From contig JAZKER010000043.1 in NCBI GenBank assembly GCA_040386955.1, positions 1,847 through 65,846 on the forward strand: a stretch of 64,000 nucleotides of DNA. Reading direction: 5' to 3'. Origin of the DNA: Verrucomicrobiota bacterium (GTDB taxonomy: Bacteria; Verrucomicrobiota; Verrucomicrobiia; Verrucomicrobiales; Verrucomicrobiaceae). Below, piece by piece: positions 50,189-59,542 of this stretch (its first letter is position 1; the number at the start of each line of letters is the position of its first letter). The translations under genes were made by a program, and so were the position numbers. The notes below the pieces were generated by a model that was given only the letters and a program-made list of their open reading frames with translations, searched no databases and was not told where the DNA came from.

Positions 50189-52341
50189 AACTTCGTATTA
50201 GAGAGTTGAGGATTTTAGTTCAAACTGCCATTGGTGAATTTGGAGTCAAACTATCACTGCAGAATGGATTGACCGTCATTCGAGCTGACAATTCCTCGGG
50301 TAAATCCACGATTGTTCAAAGCATGATTTATGGACTTGGACTGGAAGGAATGTTAAGTGCTAGTCGAAGCGTACCTTTGCCGCACGCGATAACTCATATG
50401 ATTGATGCGGAGGATGGTTCACGCCATGAAGTTATATCCTCTGAAGTTCAGTTAGAATTTTCTAACCACGATGGTCACATCGTAACGACTATTAGGCGTG
50501 TAAAAGGGGCGCTTAATCACAATTTAATTACTGTTGTTCACGGTCCGGCAATCTCTGCTCCTGACCCCGTTATTCCCTATGAGCTGGAGGACAAATATGT
50601 CAGAGATCGTGGTGCAGCCACCAAGCCTGAGGGCTTTCATTATTGGTTATCAACGTTTCTCGGCTGGACGCTGCCACAGGTGACCACCTTCGATGGAAAG
50701 TCTTGCCCTCTTTACATTGAATCTATGTTTCCCCTGATTCTTATCGAGCAGAAGAAGGCCTGGACAGGAATTCAAGCGCGAATGCCAACTCAGTTTCAGA
50801 TTCGTGATGCATCAAAACGCGCAATTGAGTTCATCCTAAAATTGTCTGTGTTCGAATTGATTGCAAAGGCACAGCAACTTCGTGATGCAAAGGCGGAGAT
50901 TCAGCGGCAATGGCAACGGTGGACGTTAGAAGCATCTTCAGCCGCCAGGCAGGCTGGCGGCATTATCAATGGTTTAACTGAGATGCCAATGAAGCAATGG
51001 TCGGTCAAAGAACCTGTTACATTAATGCTTTATCGTGATAATCGATGGGTGGATATCAACCAGGCAAAACAAGCAGATCAAACAGAGATTGATAGCTTGA
51101 TATCAAAGGAAATCCCCGAAGTATCTGCGGTTTCGGATCAGCTAACCGCACAATTGAGAGAAGTTGAGGAAGAGTTGCAAACTATCCAAGTTACCTTGGT
51201 TGAAGCTATTCAGGATGTTAGTGCTAAACGTGTGCAGATGACGGGCCTAGAAGCCAGGCTAGTTGAATTGGCCGACGATCTTGCAGGTAATAAATCTGTT
51301 CGTAAACTCCGAACAATGGGGGCAAGATATATACCAAAAATTGTAACTGATCACCGTTGTCCCACTTGCCATCAAAACGTGGACGAAAGTTTGTTGCCTC
51401 AAGATAATGCAGTTAACGTAATGTCACTCGAAGACAGTATTAATTTTATTGAGGCTCAGCAAGAAATTTACAATGCTGCAAAAGGTAGTTTGATTCGAGC
51501 TATTTCTGTTATAAACGCGGAAATAGCTGCGTTGAGAGAAAAGGAGGCTGAAATACGTGCTAGGATTAGGGCCCTCAAAACTAGCTTGGTTTCCGAAGGA
51601 CATGCGCCATCACGCGCTGCTATTGAAGCCTTACAAGTTGCTCAAGCTCGCTTAGCTCGAACAATCGAAGCCGAAAATATTATAGAAGTAGATTTCTCTC
51701 AGCTTAAATCTCTTTGTTCTCAATGGTTGGCTGTAACAGAGGAGTTAAAAAAGTTACCTGATGACTATTTAACTAAGGACGATCAGCGCAAAATTAAGAC
51801 GTTGGAGATGCTCTTCCAATCGCATGCCACTGCGTTTGATGTGCGAAGCGTGGCCCCCAAAGATATTACGTTGTCGAGGGAGAGCTACAAGCCTGAATAT
51901 AAGGGTTTCGATTTGGAATTCGATCTTTCGGCTAGTGATTTGATCCGCACCATTTGGGCCTATCTTCATTCGCTGTTGGAGCTAGCTCGCGAGGAGGATA
52001 CTAATCATCCCGGTTTGCTTGTACTTGATGAACCAAGGCAGCAAGACACGAATCGAGAGAGCTTTGCGAGTTTCTTCGTGCGTGCTCAAACTTCTGCGGA
52101 TTTTGACCAACAAGTGATTGTCACGACAAGTGAGAAGGAGGAGGAACTAAAGCGCATTCTGGACGGAGTGGCTCATCGATTAATTGAATTTAAGACAGAT
52201 CACATTCTGACCCGCGTCCCCTCCCAGGGAAATGATTCACAGGATTTGCCTGCAAAAGAAGAGGTAGATACACCTCTGAATGATGCGCCTCAGGAAACTA
52301 AAACCGCTGAAGCTAGCGACGATGACGATATTCCGTTTTAA
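50182..52341 (+). CDS. Island gene C: ABC/SMC (Rad50/LmuB-like) ATPase with long coiled-coil insert, CxxC hook-like motif and SSB-like acidic C-terminal tip
   Basis: Walker A ADNSSGKST (50284-50310). About 390 aa of heptad-rich sequence with CPTC at its centre (51358-51369). Degenerate signature LSASD. Walker B LLVLDEP (about 52015-52035). Tail ends ...ASDDDDIPF. Confidence 0.8.
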   Translation: MVKLRIRELRILVQTAIGEFGVKLSLQNGLTVIRADNSSGKSTIVQSMIYGLGLEGMLSASRSVPLPHAITHMIDAEDGSRHEVISSEVQLEFSNHDGHIVTTIRRVKGALNHNLITVVHGPAISAPDPVIPYELEDKYVRDRGAATKPEGFHYWLSTFLGWTLPQVTTFDGKSCPLYIESMFPLILIEQKKAWTGIQARMPTQFQIRDASKRAIEFILKLSVFELIAKAQQLRDAKAEIQRQWQRWTLEASSAARQAGGIINGLTEMPMKQWSVKEPVTLMLYRDNRWVDINQAKQADQTEIDSLISKEIPEVSAVSDQLTAQLREVEEELQTIQVTLVEAIQDVSAKRVQMTGLEARLVELADDLAGNKSVRKLRTMGARYIPKIVTDHRCPTCHQNVDESLLPQDNAVNVMSLEDSINFIEAQQEIYNAAKGSLIRAISVINAEIAALREKEAEIRARIRALKTSLVSEGHAPSRAAIEALQVAQARLARTIEAENIIEVDFSQLKSLCSQWLAVTEELKKLPDDYLTKDDQRKIKTLEMLFQSHATAFDVRSVAPKDITLSRESYKPEYKGFDLEFDLSASDLIRTIWAYLHSLLELAREEDTNHPGLLVLDEPRQQDTNRESFASFFVRAQTSADFDQQVIVTTSEKEEELKRILDGVAHRLIEFKTDHILTRVPSQGNDSQDLPAKEEVDTPLNDAPQETKTAEASDDDDIPF

Positions 52342-52369
52342 TAGGAATGTTCTTATCTAGCATCCCGCT

Positions 52370-53755
52370 TTATAACACCCTCACCATCTCTTCCATCCGC
52401 TTCGTCGCGATGCCAATGGGCCGGTCGAGGGGCACGCCTGCGCAGGTCAGTAGTGTGGTGAGCAGATCTCCCTGATTGCCTTGGGTATCGGCCAGGAAAC
52501 GGCCGGTGTTGACGGAGCCGCCGCCTTTGCCGACGATGATGAAGGGGAGGTTTTTGCGGCTGTGGTCGTTGCCGTCTTCCAGGCCGGAGCCCCACATCAT
52601 GAGGCAGTTGTCCAGGAGGCTGCCGTCGCCTTCGCGGAGGCTGGCCATCTTTTTCACCATGTAGGCAAACTGGGTGATGTTGAAAGCGGTGATGGCGGCG
52701 ACTTTCGCGACTTGATCGGCCTTGTGGTTGTGATGCGTCTGGGAGTGATGCGAGTCGGTGAAGCCGAGTTCCGGATACGAGACACCATTGGGCGTGGAGC
52801 CGATGTAGGTGCTGACGCGGGTGGTATCCGTCTGGAAGGCGAGCACGTTGAGGTCGCACATGACCTGCATGTATTCGCTGCGTTTGTCGCCCTCGGGAAT
52901 GCGGATCTCGATGGGCGGTGAATCCGTGGCGCTGCGCTTGCTGGAGGCGACCCCGGCTTTCTCCAGGGCGGATTCTTTCTGGCGCATTTCGATGGCGGCG
53001 ATGCGGCGCTCCACAGAGCGCACGCTGTCCAGGTATTCGTCCAGCTTGTGCTGGTCGTTCTGCGGCAGCTTCTTGCGCAGGTCCCGCGCACCGCCGATCA
53101 CCAGGTCCAGCATCTGCCGCTCCAGCGGATCGGCCTTGCGGCTGCTGCCGGAGGAGTCCGACTTGCCGAACAAACGATTCAGTACGTTGCGCGGATTGAT
53201 CTCTGCCGGGACGGCCTGCGTGGGCGAGCGGTAGCTGCAGTGCGAGTAGTAACCTTCGTTCAGGCCTTCCTGGTTCTCCTTGTGCGTCTGCGGCATGGTG
53301 GCCAGCTCCAGCGAGGGCAGGGAAGTCATCGCACCCACGTAGTTCGCGGCGATCTGGTCCGCCGAGATGGCGATGTGGATCTGGTTGCGCTTGCTCGGGT
53401 CTGGCAGGCAGGCGGTGAGCCAGGTGGAAAGCTCCAGCGCATGCGGAGCGCCATTGAAGGGGGCGATGGGCACCCCGGAGATGCCCTTCATCAGCAGGCA
53501 CTGATCCAGAATGGGCCGCAGGGACTCCAGCGCAGGGGGCGGGGAGCTGAGGTAGCTCTCCGGCGTGGCAGGCCAGAACTGATCTGGAATCACCCCATGC
53601 GGCATGTACATGAACCCGAGGCGCACGGGTGGCTTCACCGCCGCCCGCCCTTTGACGGAGTCTGCCCAGCCCATCGTTTCCAAAAGCGGCAGGCCCAGGC
53701 TGGCTCCAATGCCTTTCAAATACGTGCGGCGATCAATGAGGTTCTTGCGGGTCAT
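52370..53755 (-). CDS. DUF1501-family (sulfatase-like) protein with Tat-type leader
   Basis: [26 protein letters not shown] leader. The size and the pairing with an upstream DUF1592-type gene are typical of PVC genomes. Confidence 0.85.
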   Translation of the reverse strand: MTRKNLIDRRTYLKGIGASLGLPLLETMGWADSVKGRAAVKPPVRLGFMYMPHGVIPDQFWPATPESYLSSPPPALESLRPILDQCLLMKGISGVPIAPFNGAPHALELSTWLTACLPDPSKRNQIHIAISADQIAANYVGAMTSLPSLELATMPQTHKENQEGLNEGYYSHCSYRSPTQAVPAEINPRNVLNRLFGKSDSSGSSRKADPLERQMLDLVIGGARDLRKKLPQNDQHKLDEYLDSVRSVERRIAAIEMRQKESALEKAGVASSKRSATDSPPIEIRIPEGDKRSEYMQVMCDLNVLAFQTDTTRVSTYIGSTPNGVSYPELGFTDSHHSQTHHNHKADQVAKVAAITAFNITQFAYMVKKMASLREGDGSLLDNCLMMWGSGLEDGNDHSRKNLPFIIVGKGGGSVNTGRFLADTQGNQGDLLTTLLTCAGVPLDRPIGIATKRMEEMVRVL

Positions 53756-53783
53756 GGCAGGGACAATGGAAGGGGGGCTAAAC

Positions 53784-55724
53784 TCAGTCTTGGACGCGGC
53801 GATTCAGAAAGGGGTAACTGGTGACGATCTCCGTGATGAGGGTCTGCATCCGATAGCCATCCTGGGCGATGGTTTTCATGAGCTGATCCACCACGATCTT
53901 GTCATAACCTTCAAGCTGCCGGCACAGCGCATAGGCCATGAGCTTCTCCGTTAAGTTACGGGCCAGATCGTCCTTTCGTGCAGCGATGATGCTTTTCAGC
54001 TCGCCAGGGGTGGAGAACCGCTTGCCCCCTGGCAGCTCGCCCGCGGCATCAATGGCCCCGCCCGTATCATCCTTGTCCCGCCAGCGGCCGATGGCATCGA
54101 AGTTCTCCAGGCCAAAGCCGATGGGGTCCAGGATCTTGTGGCAGTTGGCGCACACGGCATTCGTCCGGTGCAGTTCCGTGCGCTGTCGCAGGGTCAGATT
54201 GGCCACCTGTTTTTGGTCCTGCTTTTCCAGTGCCGGGACATTCGGCGGGGCAGGGGGCACGTGCTCCCCCAGCACCTGCTCCAGCACCCACACGCCCCGG
54301 TTCACCGCGCTGGTGCGGTTGGGGAAAGAGGTGGTGGCCAAAATGCCCGGCATGCCCAGGATGCCACCGCGATTCGCATTCGTCAGCTTCACCTTGCGCA
54401 TCTTGGGCCCGGTGACGTCCTTCTCCAGGCCATAGACCTTGGCCAGTGTCTCATTGAGGAAGGTGTAGTCGCTGGCCACAAAGGCGACCACGCTGAGGTT
54501 CCCCCGCACGATGCTGTCAAAGAACAGCCGCGCCTCATCATACATGGCCGTACGCAGCGCGGGTGTCATCTGCGGGAACTTCTTTGGATCAAACGTCTTA
54601 CCCTCCAGACTGCCCAAACCCAGCCACTGTGACCCGAACCCATCAAACAAGGCCCGTGCACGAGGATCGGCCAGCATGCGTTTCACCTGGACCTTGAGTA
54701 CTCCGGGTTCATGAAGCTTGCCCGCATCCGCCTGCGCGGACAGCTCCTCATCCGGCATCGTGGCCCACAGCAGATACGACAGACGGGATGCGAGTTGGTA
54801 ATCATCCAGGGGTACGATGGTCTTGCCGGCCTCCGCTTCCTTCGCCGGAGTGATGTAAAGGAATTGTGGGGATACGAGCAATGCTTTGAGCATCAGGCGC
54901 AGCGACCCTTGGTAATCCAGTTGGTTAGACCGACCCAGATCAAACACGCCCGCCAGCGTGGCCACCTCCGCCTCTGAGGGCGGCCTGCGGTAGGCGCGTC
55001 GCGCCAGCGTGCGGGCCACCTTCTGAGCGGATTCGCGTTCATCCGTTCCTGGGGCTGGTGGTTTGCCTAACCAACGATTCTGCCATTTCGTGGGCGGCTT
55101 CCCCGGTGCGGCAAAGATGCGGTCCAGCACTTCATTGGCGATGCCGAGGTATTGCTCCGTCTGCATGGGGGAGAGCGAATTCAGATACCCCTGGCCGGCC
55201 ACCTCATCCGGCAGTTCCTCCGCCACCGCAGGGTCCACGCCAAAGAGATCGTGCAGCGTGTTGCCATACTCCACCTTGGTCAGGCGACGGATGACAAACG
55301 GGCCCGGATCCTTCGCGCTGAGGTACTTGACCTTGCCCAGGCTTTGCAGAAACAGCTCGCGCTCCTCATTCGCAGGCTGGTCCGAATCATCCGGCGGCAT
55401 GTCATGCGCGTTCACATTGGCAAAGGCCTGCATCCATTTCCGGCTCGCCGAAGACTCGCCTGGATTCTTCAGTGCCGGCTCAAAGTTCAGCCCGCCCTTC
55501 GTGCGCCGGTTGCTATGGCACTCGATGCAATACGTCTTCACAAACGGCGCCACGCCTTTCTTGAACGACTCTTTCGCCTCCGCCTGCAGCGCGGCAAATT
55601 CCGCATCTGCCACCCCCTCGGCTGGCATCCGACTAGGCATCGCCAGCATCAGCCCAAGGCTCAACACACTGAAAAACATCAGGCCAGGGCTGGTCAATTC
55701 GGATTTCGTCATTCGGATCTTCAA
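53784..55724 (-). CDS. DUF1592/DUF1595/DUF1588/DUF1585-type protein with planctomycete cytochrome-c motif
   Basis: N-terminal CIECHS (CxxCH) and C-terminal [25 protein letters not shown] (DUF1585-like). Confidence 0.85.
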   Translation of the reverse strand: MKIRMTKSELTSPGLMFFSVLSLGLMLAMPSRMPAEGVADAEFAALQAEAKESFKKGVAPFVKTYCIECHSNRRTKGGLNFEPALKNPGESSASRKWMQAFANVNAHDMPPDDSDQPANEERELFLQSLGKVKYLSAKDPGPFVIRRLTKVEYGNTLHDLFGVDPAVAEELPDEVAGQGYLNSLSPMQTEQYLGIANEVLDRIFAAPGKPPTKWQNRWLGKPPAPGTDERESAQKVARTLARRAYRRPPSEAEVATLAGVFDLGRSNQLDYQGSLRLMLKALLVSPQFLYITPAKEAEAGKTIVPLDDYQLASRLSYLLWATMPDEELSAQADAGKLHEPGVLKVQVKRMLADPRARALFDGFGSQWLGLGSLEGKTFDPKKFPQMTPALRTAMYDEARLFFDSIVRGNLSVVAFVASDYTFLNETLAKVYGLEKDVTGPKMRKVKLTNANRGGILGMPGILATTSFPNRTSAVNRGVWVLEQVLGEHVPPAPPNVPALEKQDQKQVANLTLRQRTELHRTNAVCANCHKILDPIGFGLENFDAIGRWRDKDDTGGAIDAAGELPGGKRFSTPGELKSIIAARKDDLARNLTEKLMAYALCRQLEGYDKIVVDQLMKTIAQDGYRMQTLITEIVTSYPFLNRRVQD

Positions 55725-55887
55725 AAAGGGGGAGCATTAACTACGGACAGCGGCCCGTCTCCTTATCAGGAAACCGACATTGAGATGATGCGTAAACCAT
55801 GATCCAAGCCCTTATTTTGGGCCTCAATAAGATGATGATGTGGCTCTTGGTTTGACAACATGAGAAGAGGAACGTTCCGTCAACGAC

Positions 55888-56463
55888 ATGCAGCTCGATC
55901 TGTTTTCAATGCCCAAAACAAAGCCTCAAATGAACAATTTGTTTTTCGCGATCTTTCCCACACGCGAAGCGGCGTTGCAGCTGGCTAAAGCCGGAACCTG
56001 GCTAGACCAGAGACATCAATTGCGGGCAAACCCTCGCCCTATCGATCATTTGCATATCAGCCTTTTGGGATTCGGGCAGTTCATTGAGGTGCCCTCCGTG
56101 TATGTCGAAACAGCCAAGCGGGCTGGGGAGGCGGTCGCAGCTGATTTTTTGCCATTTCAGGTAACCTTAAATCAGGCCTTAATCTACAACGGTAATGGTG
56201 CCTTGGTTTTAGAGTCAGATGAACCGTCTGCCGCCACTCTAACAACATTGTGCGGGCAGCTGGGGAGGGAGCTCAATGCTTTCTCCGGCGCGAATCCCAA
56301 AACCCGTTCATCCACGCCTCATCTGACCCTGGCTTACTGCCACGAAAGACTCCGGCATGAACCTGCCACTCCCATTAGCTGGGTTGTCAATGAGATCGAG
56401 CTAATCATCAGCGAGGAAGGGAAGAGCATTTATCACCGGATTGGAAAATGGCAGTTGGGGTAG
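55888..56463 (+). CDS. 2H phosphoesterase (LigT / 2'-5' RNA ligase-like)
   Basis: Two Hx(S/T)x motifs, HLHISL and PHLTLAY, about 100 aa apart. About 190 aa. Confidence 0.75.
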   Translation: MQLDLFSMPKTKPQMNNLFFAIFPTREAALQLAKAGTWLDQRHQLRANPRPIDHLHISLLGFGQFIEVPSVYVETAKRAGEAVAADFLPFQVTLNQALIYNGNGALVLESDEPSAATLTTLCGQLGRELNAFSGANPKTRSSTPHLTLAYCHERLRHEPATPISWVVNEIELIISEEGKSIYHRIGKWQLG

Positions 56464-56557
56464 GCTCTTGAGCCGTGAATCCAACTTTGTTGTCCAAAGA
56501 TGTCCTGGAGCGGCTGCCTCGTTCGTCGTTGTATTGAATCCGAACCTTCTAACCATC

Positions 56558-57016
56558 ATGAACACTGATACCCATACCATCCGTCTGCACCGTGTCCTGC
56601 GTGCCAAACCTGAGCGTGTCTATCGCGCTTTTCTCGATGCTGATGCCAAGGCCAAATGGCTGCCGCCTCACGGCTTCACGGGCAAGGTGCACCACCTGGA
56701 TGCCCGGGTGGGCGGCACTTACCGGATGTCCTTCACCAATTTCACCACGGGCTCCAGCCACTCCTTTGGCGGCACTTACACGGAGCTCACACCGCACGAG
56801 CGCATCCGCTACACGGACAAGTTTGAGGATCCGAATCTGCCCGGGGAGATGCACGTCACGGTGGAGCTGAAGGAGGTCTTCTGCGGTACCGAATTGAACA
56901 TCACGCAGGCAGGGGTGCCTGCCATGATCCCTGCGGAGGCCTGTTACCAGGGCTGGCAGGAGTCGCTGATCCTCCTTGCTCAGTTGGTGGAGCCTGAGAT
57001 CCCGGATGAGGTCTAA
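56558..57016 (+). CDS. SRPBCC / AHSA1-family protein
   Basis: IRLHRVLRAKPERVYRAFLDADA...WLPP...LDARVGGTYRMSF...ERIRYTD. Start taken at MNTDTH, inside the track ORF beginning at 56441. Confidence 0.85.
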   Translation: MNTDTHTIRLHRVLRAKPERVYRAFLDADAKAKWLPPHGFTGKVHHLDARVGGTYRMSFTNFTTGSSHSFGGTYTELTPHERIRYTDKFEDPNLPGEMHVTVELKEVFCGTELNITQAGVPAMIPAEACYQGWQESLILLAQLVEPEIPDEV

Positions 57017-57226
57017 CCAAGCACACCTGCTGGTGCAGGCGGCTACATAAGATGCTGCGTTCGCCTTTTCGGGTGAAGAAACGGGGCTTGGCAAGCCCCG
57101 TTCCTTGGGGCGGCGGGAAGCTCGGTATGCCAGAGTGTCTCGGCCATCCTGCGTGCGCGGGACGCGGGCAGCTACGGCGCTTGCTGGTAAGGGTTTACTT
57201 CAAAAAGCTTCCATGGCCCGGATTGC

Positions 57227-58453
57227 TCAGGCGGAGCCTTCGGGGCGTTGTTTTTCGGCTTCCATGGCGGCTTTTTCGGCGGCGATGGCGGCCAGGGCTG
57301 CGGCGCGGCGGGCGCGTTCCTTGGCCTCCTGCTCGGCGCGGGCCTTGGTGGCGGCGGCTTCGCGGCGGGCTTTGGCTTCTTCTTCGACCTGGCGGGCGGC
57401 TTCTTTCTCGGAGTCCTGCTTGGCCTTCAGAGCAGCGGCAGCGGCTTTCACGGCTTCGAGTTCACGGCGTGCCAGCTCGCGGGTGGCTTCCTTGGCGGCC
57501 TCATGTTCGGCATCGGCTTTGGCCTTGGCTTCGGCGGCGGCTTGGCGGGCGGCGATCTTCTCGGCCTGGAGACGGGCATTCTCGGCTGCTTTCTCTGCGG
57601 CTGCTTGGGCGCGGGCCAGAGTGGCTGCTTCCTTTTCAGCTTGGAGACGAGCTTTCTCTGCGGCCTTTTCGGCAACGGCCTGTTCTTTGGCGATGCGGGC
57701 GGCTTCTTTTTCCTCGGCGATGCGTGCTTTCTCTGCGGTTTTTTCTGCGTCGGCCTGTTCTTTGGCGATACGGGCAGCTTCTTTTGCTTCGGTCAAACGG
57801 GCTTTTTCAGCGGCCTTTTCTGCTGCGGCCTGTTCGCGAGCGGCGATGGCGGCTTCTTTTTCGGCTTGGAGGCGGGCTCTCTCGGCAGCCTGTTCGGCGG
57901 CGGCCTGTTCTTTGGCAAGCCGGGCGGCTTCTTTCTCTTCGGCAATGCGGGCTTTCTCGGCGGCCTTGGCTGCAACCGCTTGCTCGCGAGCGAGGATGGC
58001 CGCCTCTTTTTCAGCTTGGAGACGAGCCTTCTCCGCGGCCTTTTCAGCTGCGGCCTGTTCACGGGCAGCGATGGCGGCTTCTTTCTCGGCTTGGAGACGG
58101 GCTTTTTCAGCAGCCTGTTCGGCGGCGGCTTGTTCCTTGGCCACTCGGGCAGCTTCTTTCTCTTCGGCAATGCGAGCTTTCTCGGCGGCCTTGGCGGCTT
58201 CTTTTTCGGCGATGGCTTGTTCGCGGGCGAGGATGATGGCTTCTTTGGCTGCGATGTCGGCGGCGAATTTGGCTTCCTGGGCTTCGGCCAGCTTCGTGGT
58301 GAACTCACGCAACTGGCGGGCGAGGTTCTGGGCGGTTTCGGTCAGGACGAGGGCGGCGTCGGAGGGCACGCGGGGCAGGAGTTCCAGCGACTCGAGCCGG
58401 GCGGCGGTGTCGTTGAGAAGGGCGGTGAACTTGGGGTCGAGTCTCGTGGTCAT
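57227..58453 (-). CDS. Ala/Glu/Lys-rich coiled-coil repeat protein
   Basis: Unique N-terminal ~60 aa, no signal peptide, then about nine 25-aa units of the type AAEKARLQAEKEAAIAAREQAAAEK. Confidence 0.6.
   Translation of the reverse strand: MTTRLDPKFTALLNDTAARLESLELLPRVPSDAALVLTETAQNLARQLREFTTKLAEAQEAKFAADIAAKEAIILAREQAIAEKEAAKAAEKARIAEEKEAARVAKEQAAAEQAAEKARLQAEKEAAIAAREQAAAEKAAEKARLQAEKEAAILAREQAVAAKAAEKARIAEEKEAARLAKEQAAAEQAAERARLQAEKEAAIAAREQAAAEKAAEKARLTEAKEAARIAKEQADAEKTAEKARIAEEKEAARIAKEQAVAEKAAEKARLQAEKEAATLARAQAAAEKAAENARLQAEKIAARQAAAEAKAKADAEHEAAKEATRELARRELEAVKAAAAALKAKQDSEKEAARQVEEEAKARREAAATKARAEQEAKERARRAAALAAIAAEKAAMEAEKQRPEGSA
57515..58265. repeat. 75-bp in-frame tandem repeat array (about 9-10 copies)
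   Basis: Plus-strand unit cctgttctttggcgatgcgggcggcttctttttcctcggcgatgcgtgctttctctgcggttttttctgcgtcgg recurs every 75 nt with variation. Confidence 0.8.
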
Positions 58454-58745
58454 CGGTGAGTTGGCTGAAGCGGGACCTTCATGAATGGAGACGGTTGGGG
58501 GCGTGTAAAGTTCTTCTGGGCCGGATTTGGGGGCGGGTAGTTTTACACCTCAGTTCGATTCCCATGAAGTTGGTGCGTTACGAAGGTTCGCTAGTTGATC
58601 GCCGCCATTGCCGCAAAGCGCGGCCCGGACAGATCTCTGCACTTGTACTCCCGCGCCATTGCAATCCGCCACTCCACCGGCGTCTGCATCCGCCCGGCTC
58701 CATCACTCTTTGTGAGCATCACGCCACGCCTTGCTGGGAGAGTGA

Positions 58746-59291
58746 TCACCCGTTTTGCAAAATCTCCGCCCCCGAAGCGGAGGTTTTTCTGTAGAGAACG
58801 TGGTGACGCAAAGGATGGTTTTCCTCCAGCGAAGGGTGCATGAAGTCATCGCTTGGATCGTGTGAAAAACCCAGTCGTTCCATCAGTTTTCGGGACCTTA
58901 AATTGGTGGCTGCCGTGAAGGAGACGAGCTGATCCAGGCGCATAACCGAAAAGGCATAATCTGCCGCCTGCCGGGCCGCTGCAAAGGCGATGCCCCGTCC
59001 CCAATACTCTCGGCGCAAACGCCAGCCGATTTCTACGCAGGGCGTAAAGTGCGCCGAAAATTTGGGTTCCGACAAGCCCGCAAAACCTGTGAATTTGCCT
59101 TCCGCCTCAATGGCCCACAGGCCCCATCCTCGTTGCTCAATGCCCTGGCGAAATCGCAGCAAGGTTTGCCGTGATTCCTCAGCTGTCAGCGTGCGTGGGA
59201 AAAACTGCATCACTTCCAGGTCCGCATTCATCGAAGCAAACGCTTCCAAATCGGAATCCTCCCACTGACGGAGTATGACGGCGGGTTTCAT
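58746..59291 (-). CDS. GNAT-family N-acetyltransferase (RimJ/RimL-like)
   Basis: ILRQWEDSDLEAF...WAIE...FAGL...EIGWRLRREYWGRGIAFAAARQA. Start taken at MKPAV; the ORF is open to 59336. Confidence 0.85.
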   Translation of the reverse strand: MKPAVILRQWEDSDLEAFASMNADLEVMQFFPRTLTAEESRQTLLRFRQGIEQRGWGLWAIEAEGKFTGFAGLSEPKFSAHFTPCVEIGWRLRREYWGRGIAFAAARQAADYAFSVMRLDQLVSFTAATNLRSRKLMERLGFSHDPSDDFMHPSLEENHPLRHHVLYRKTSASGAEILQNG

Positions 59292-59542
59292 GAGTTTGCC
59301 GGATAGGGTTGAGAGACAAAATTCAACTGCTGGCACCTTGGTGCGATGTCATGGTTGCTGCCCCTTCGATGGGTGAAGCATGTTTCGCAAGCCCAGGTGG
59401 TTCAAGGCTTGGCTGGGACAGTGGTGGTGCGGGCGGGCACAGTTTACGAACTTCCTTCGGGATCAAGCTGGTTTAACACCACACCTTGGACCGGAATCTT
59501 TGGCGATGGAGCGGACGGAGGCCTTGCTTCTTTCCAGGCTTC

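Larger units (their letters stand above)
48620..52369. other. AT-rich 3.7 kb genomic island (no integrase, tRNA or long repeats) carrying a 3-gene operon
   Basis: There is an abrupt visible GC drop at about 48615. The right edge lies within the 28 bp between the operon stop (52341) and the stop of the convergent DUF1501 gene (52370). Confidence 0.7.

Noticed and set aside
48612-52374. 8-bp inverted match tataaagc (48612-48619) and gctttata (52367-52374) at the two island edges, as possible terminal inverted repeats
   Set aside because: Only 8 bp match and the flanking bases do not extend the match. The right copy is the stop and last codons of the DUF1501 gene. A match this short between two ~40-bp windows is plausible by chance.
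52353-53501. 382-aa alternative-frame minus ORF (R/P/G/H-rich)
   Set aside because: It overlaps the DUF1501 gene in another frame. The DUF1501 frame has the Tat leader and family-like blocks, while this ORF is low-complexity.
57515-58265. Regularly spaced repeats as a possible CRISPR array
   Set aside because: The units are contiguous, with no unique spacers. They are in-frame, coding and 75 bp long. No cas genes are present in the window.
57052-58484. Three long plus-strand ORFs (394, 459 and 403 aa) over the repeat gene
   Set aside because: They are products of the 75-bp repeat composition, giving R/L/W/P-, A/S- or G/F-rich nonsense periodicity. The minus-strand AEK coiled-coil frame has unique, sensible N- and C-terminal regions. 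Strand choice is still the least certain call in this region.
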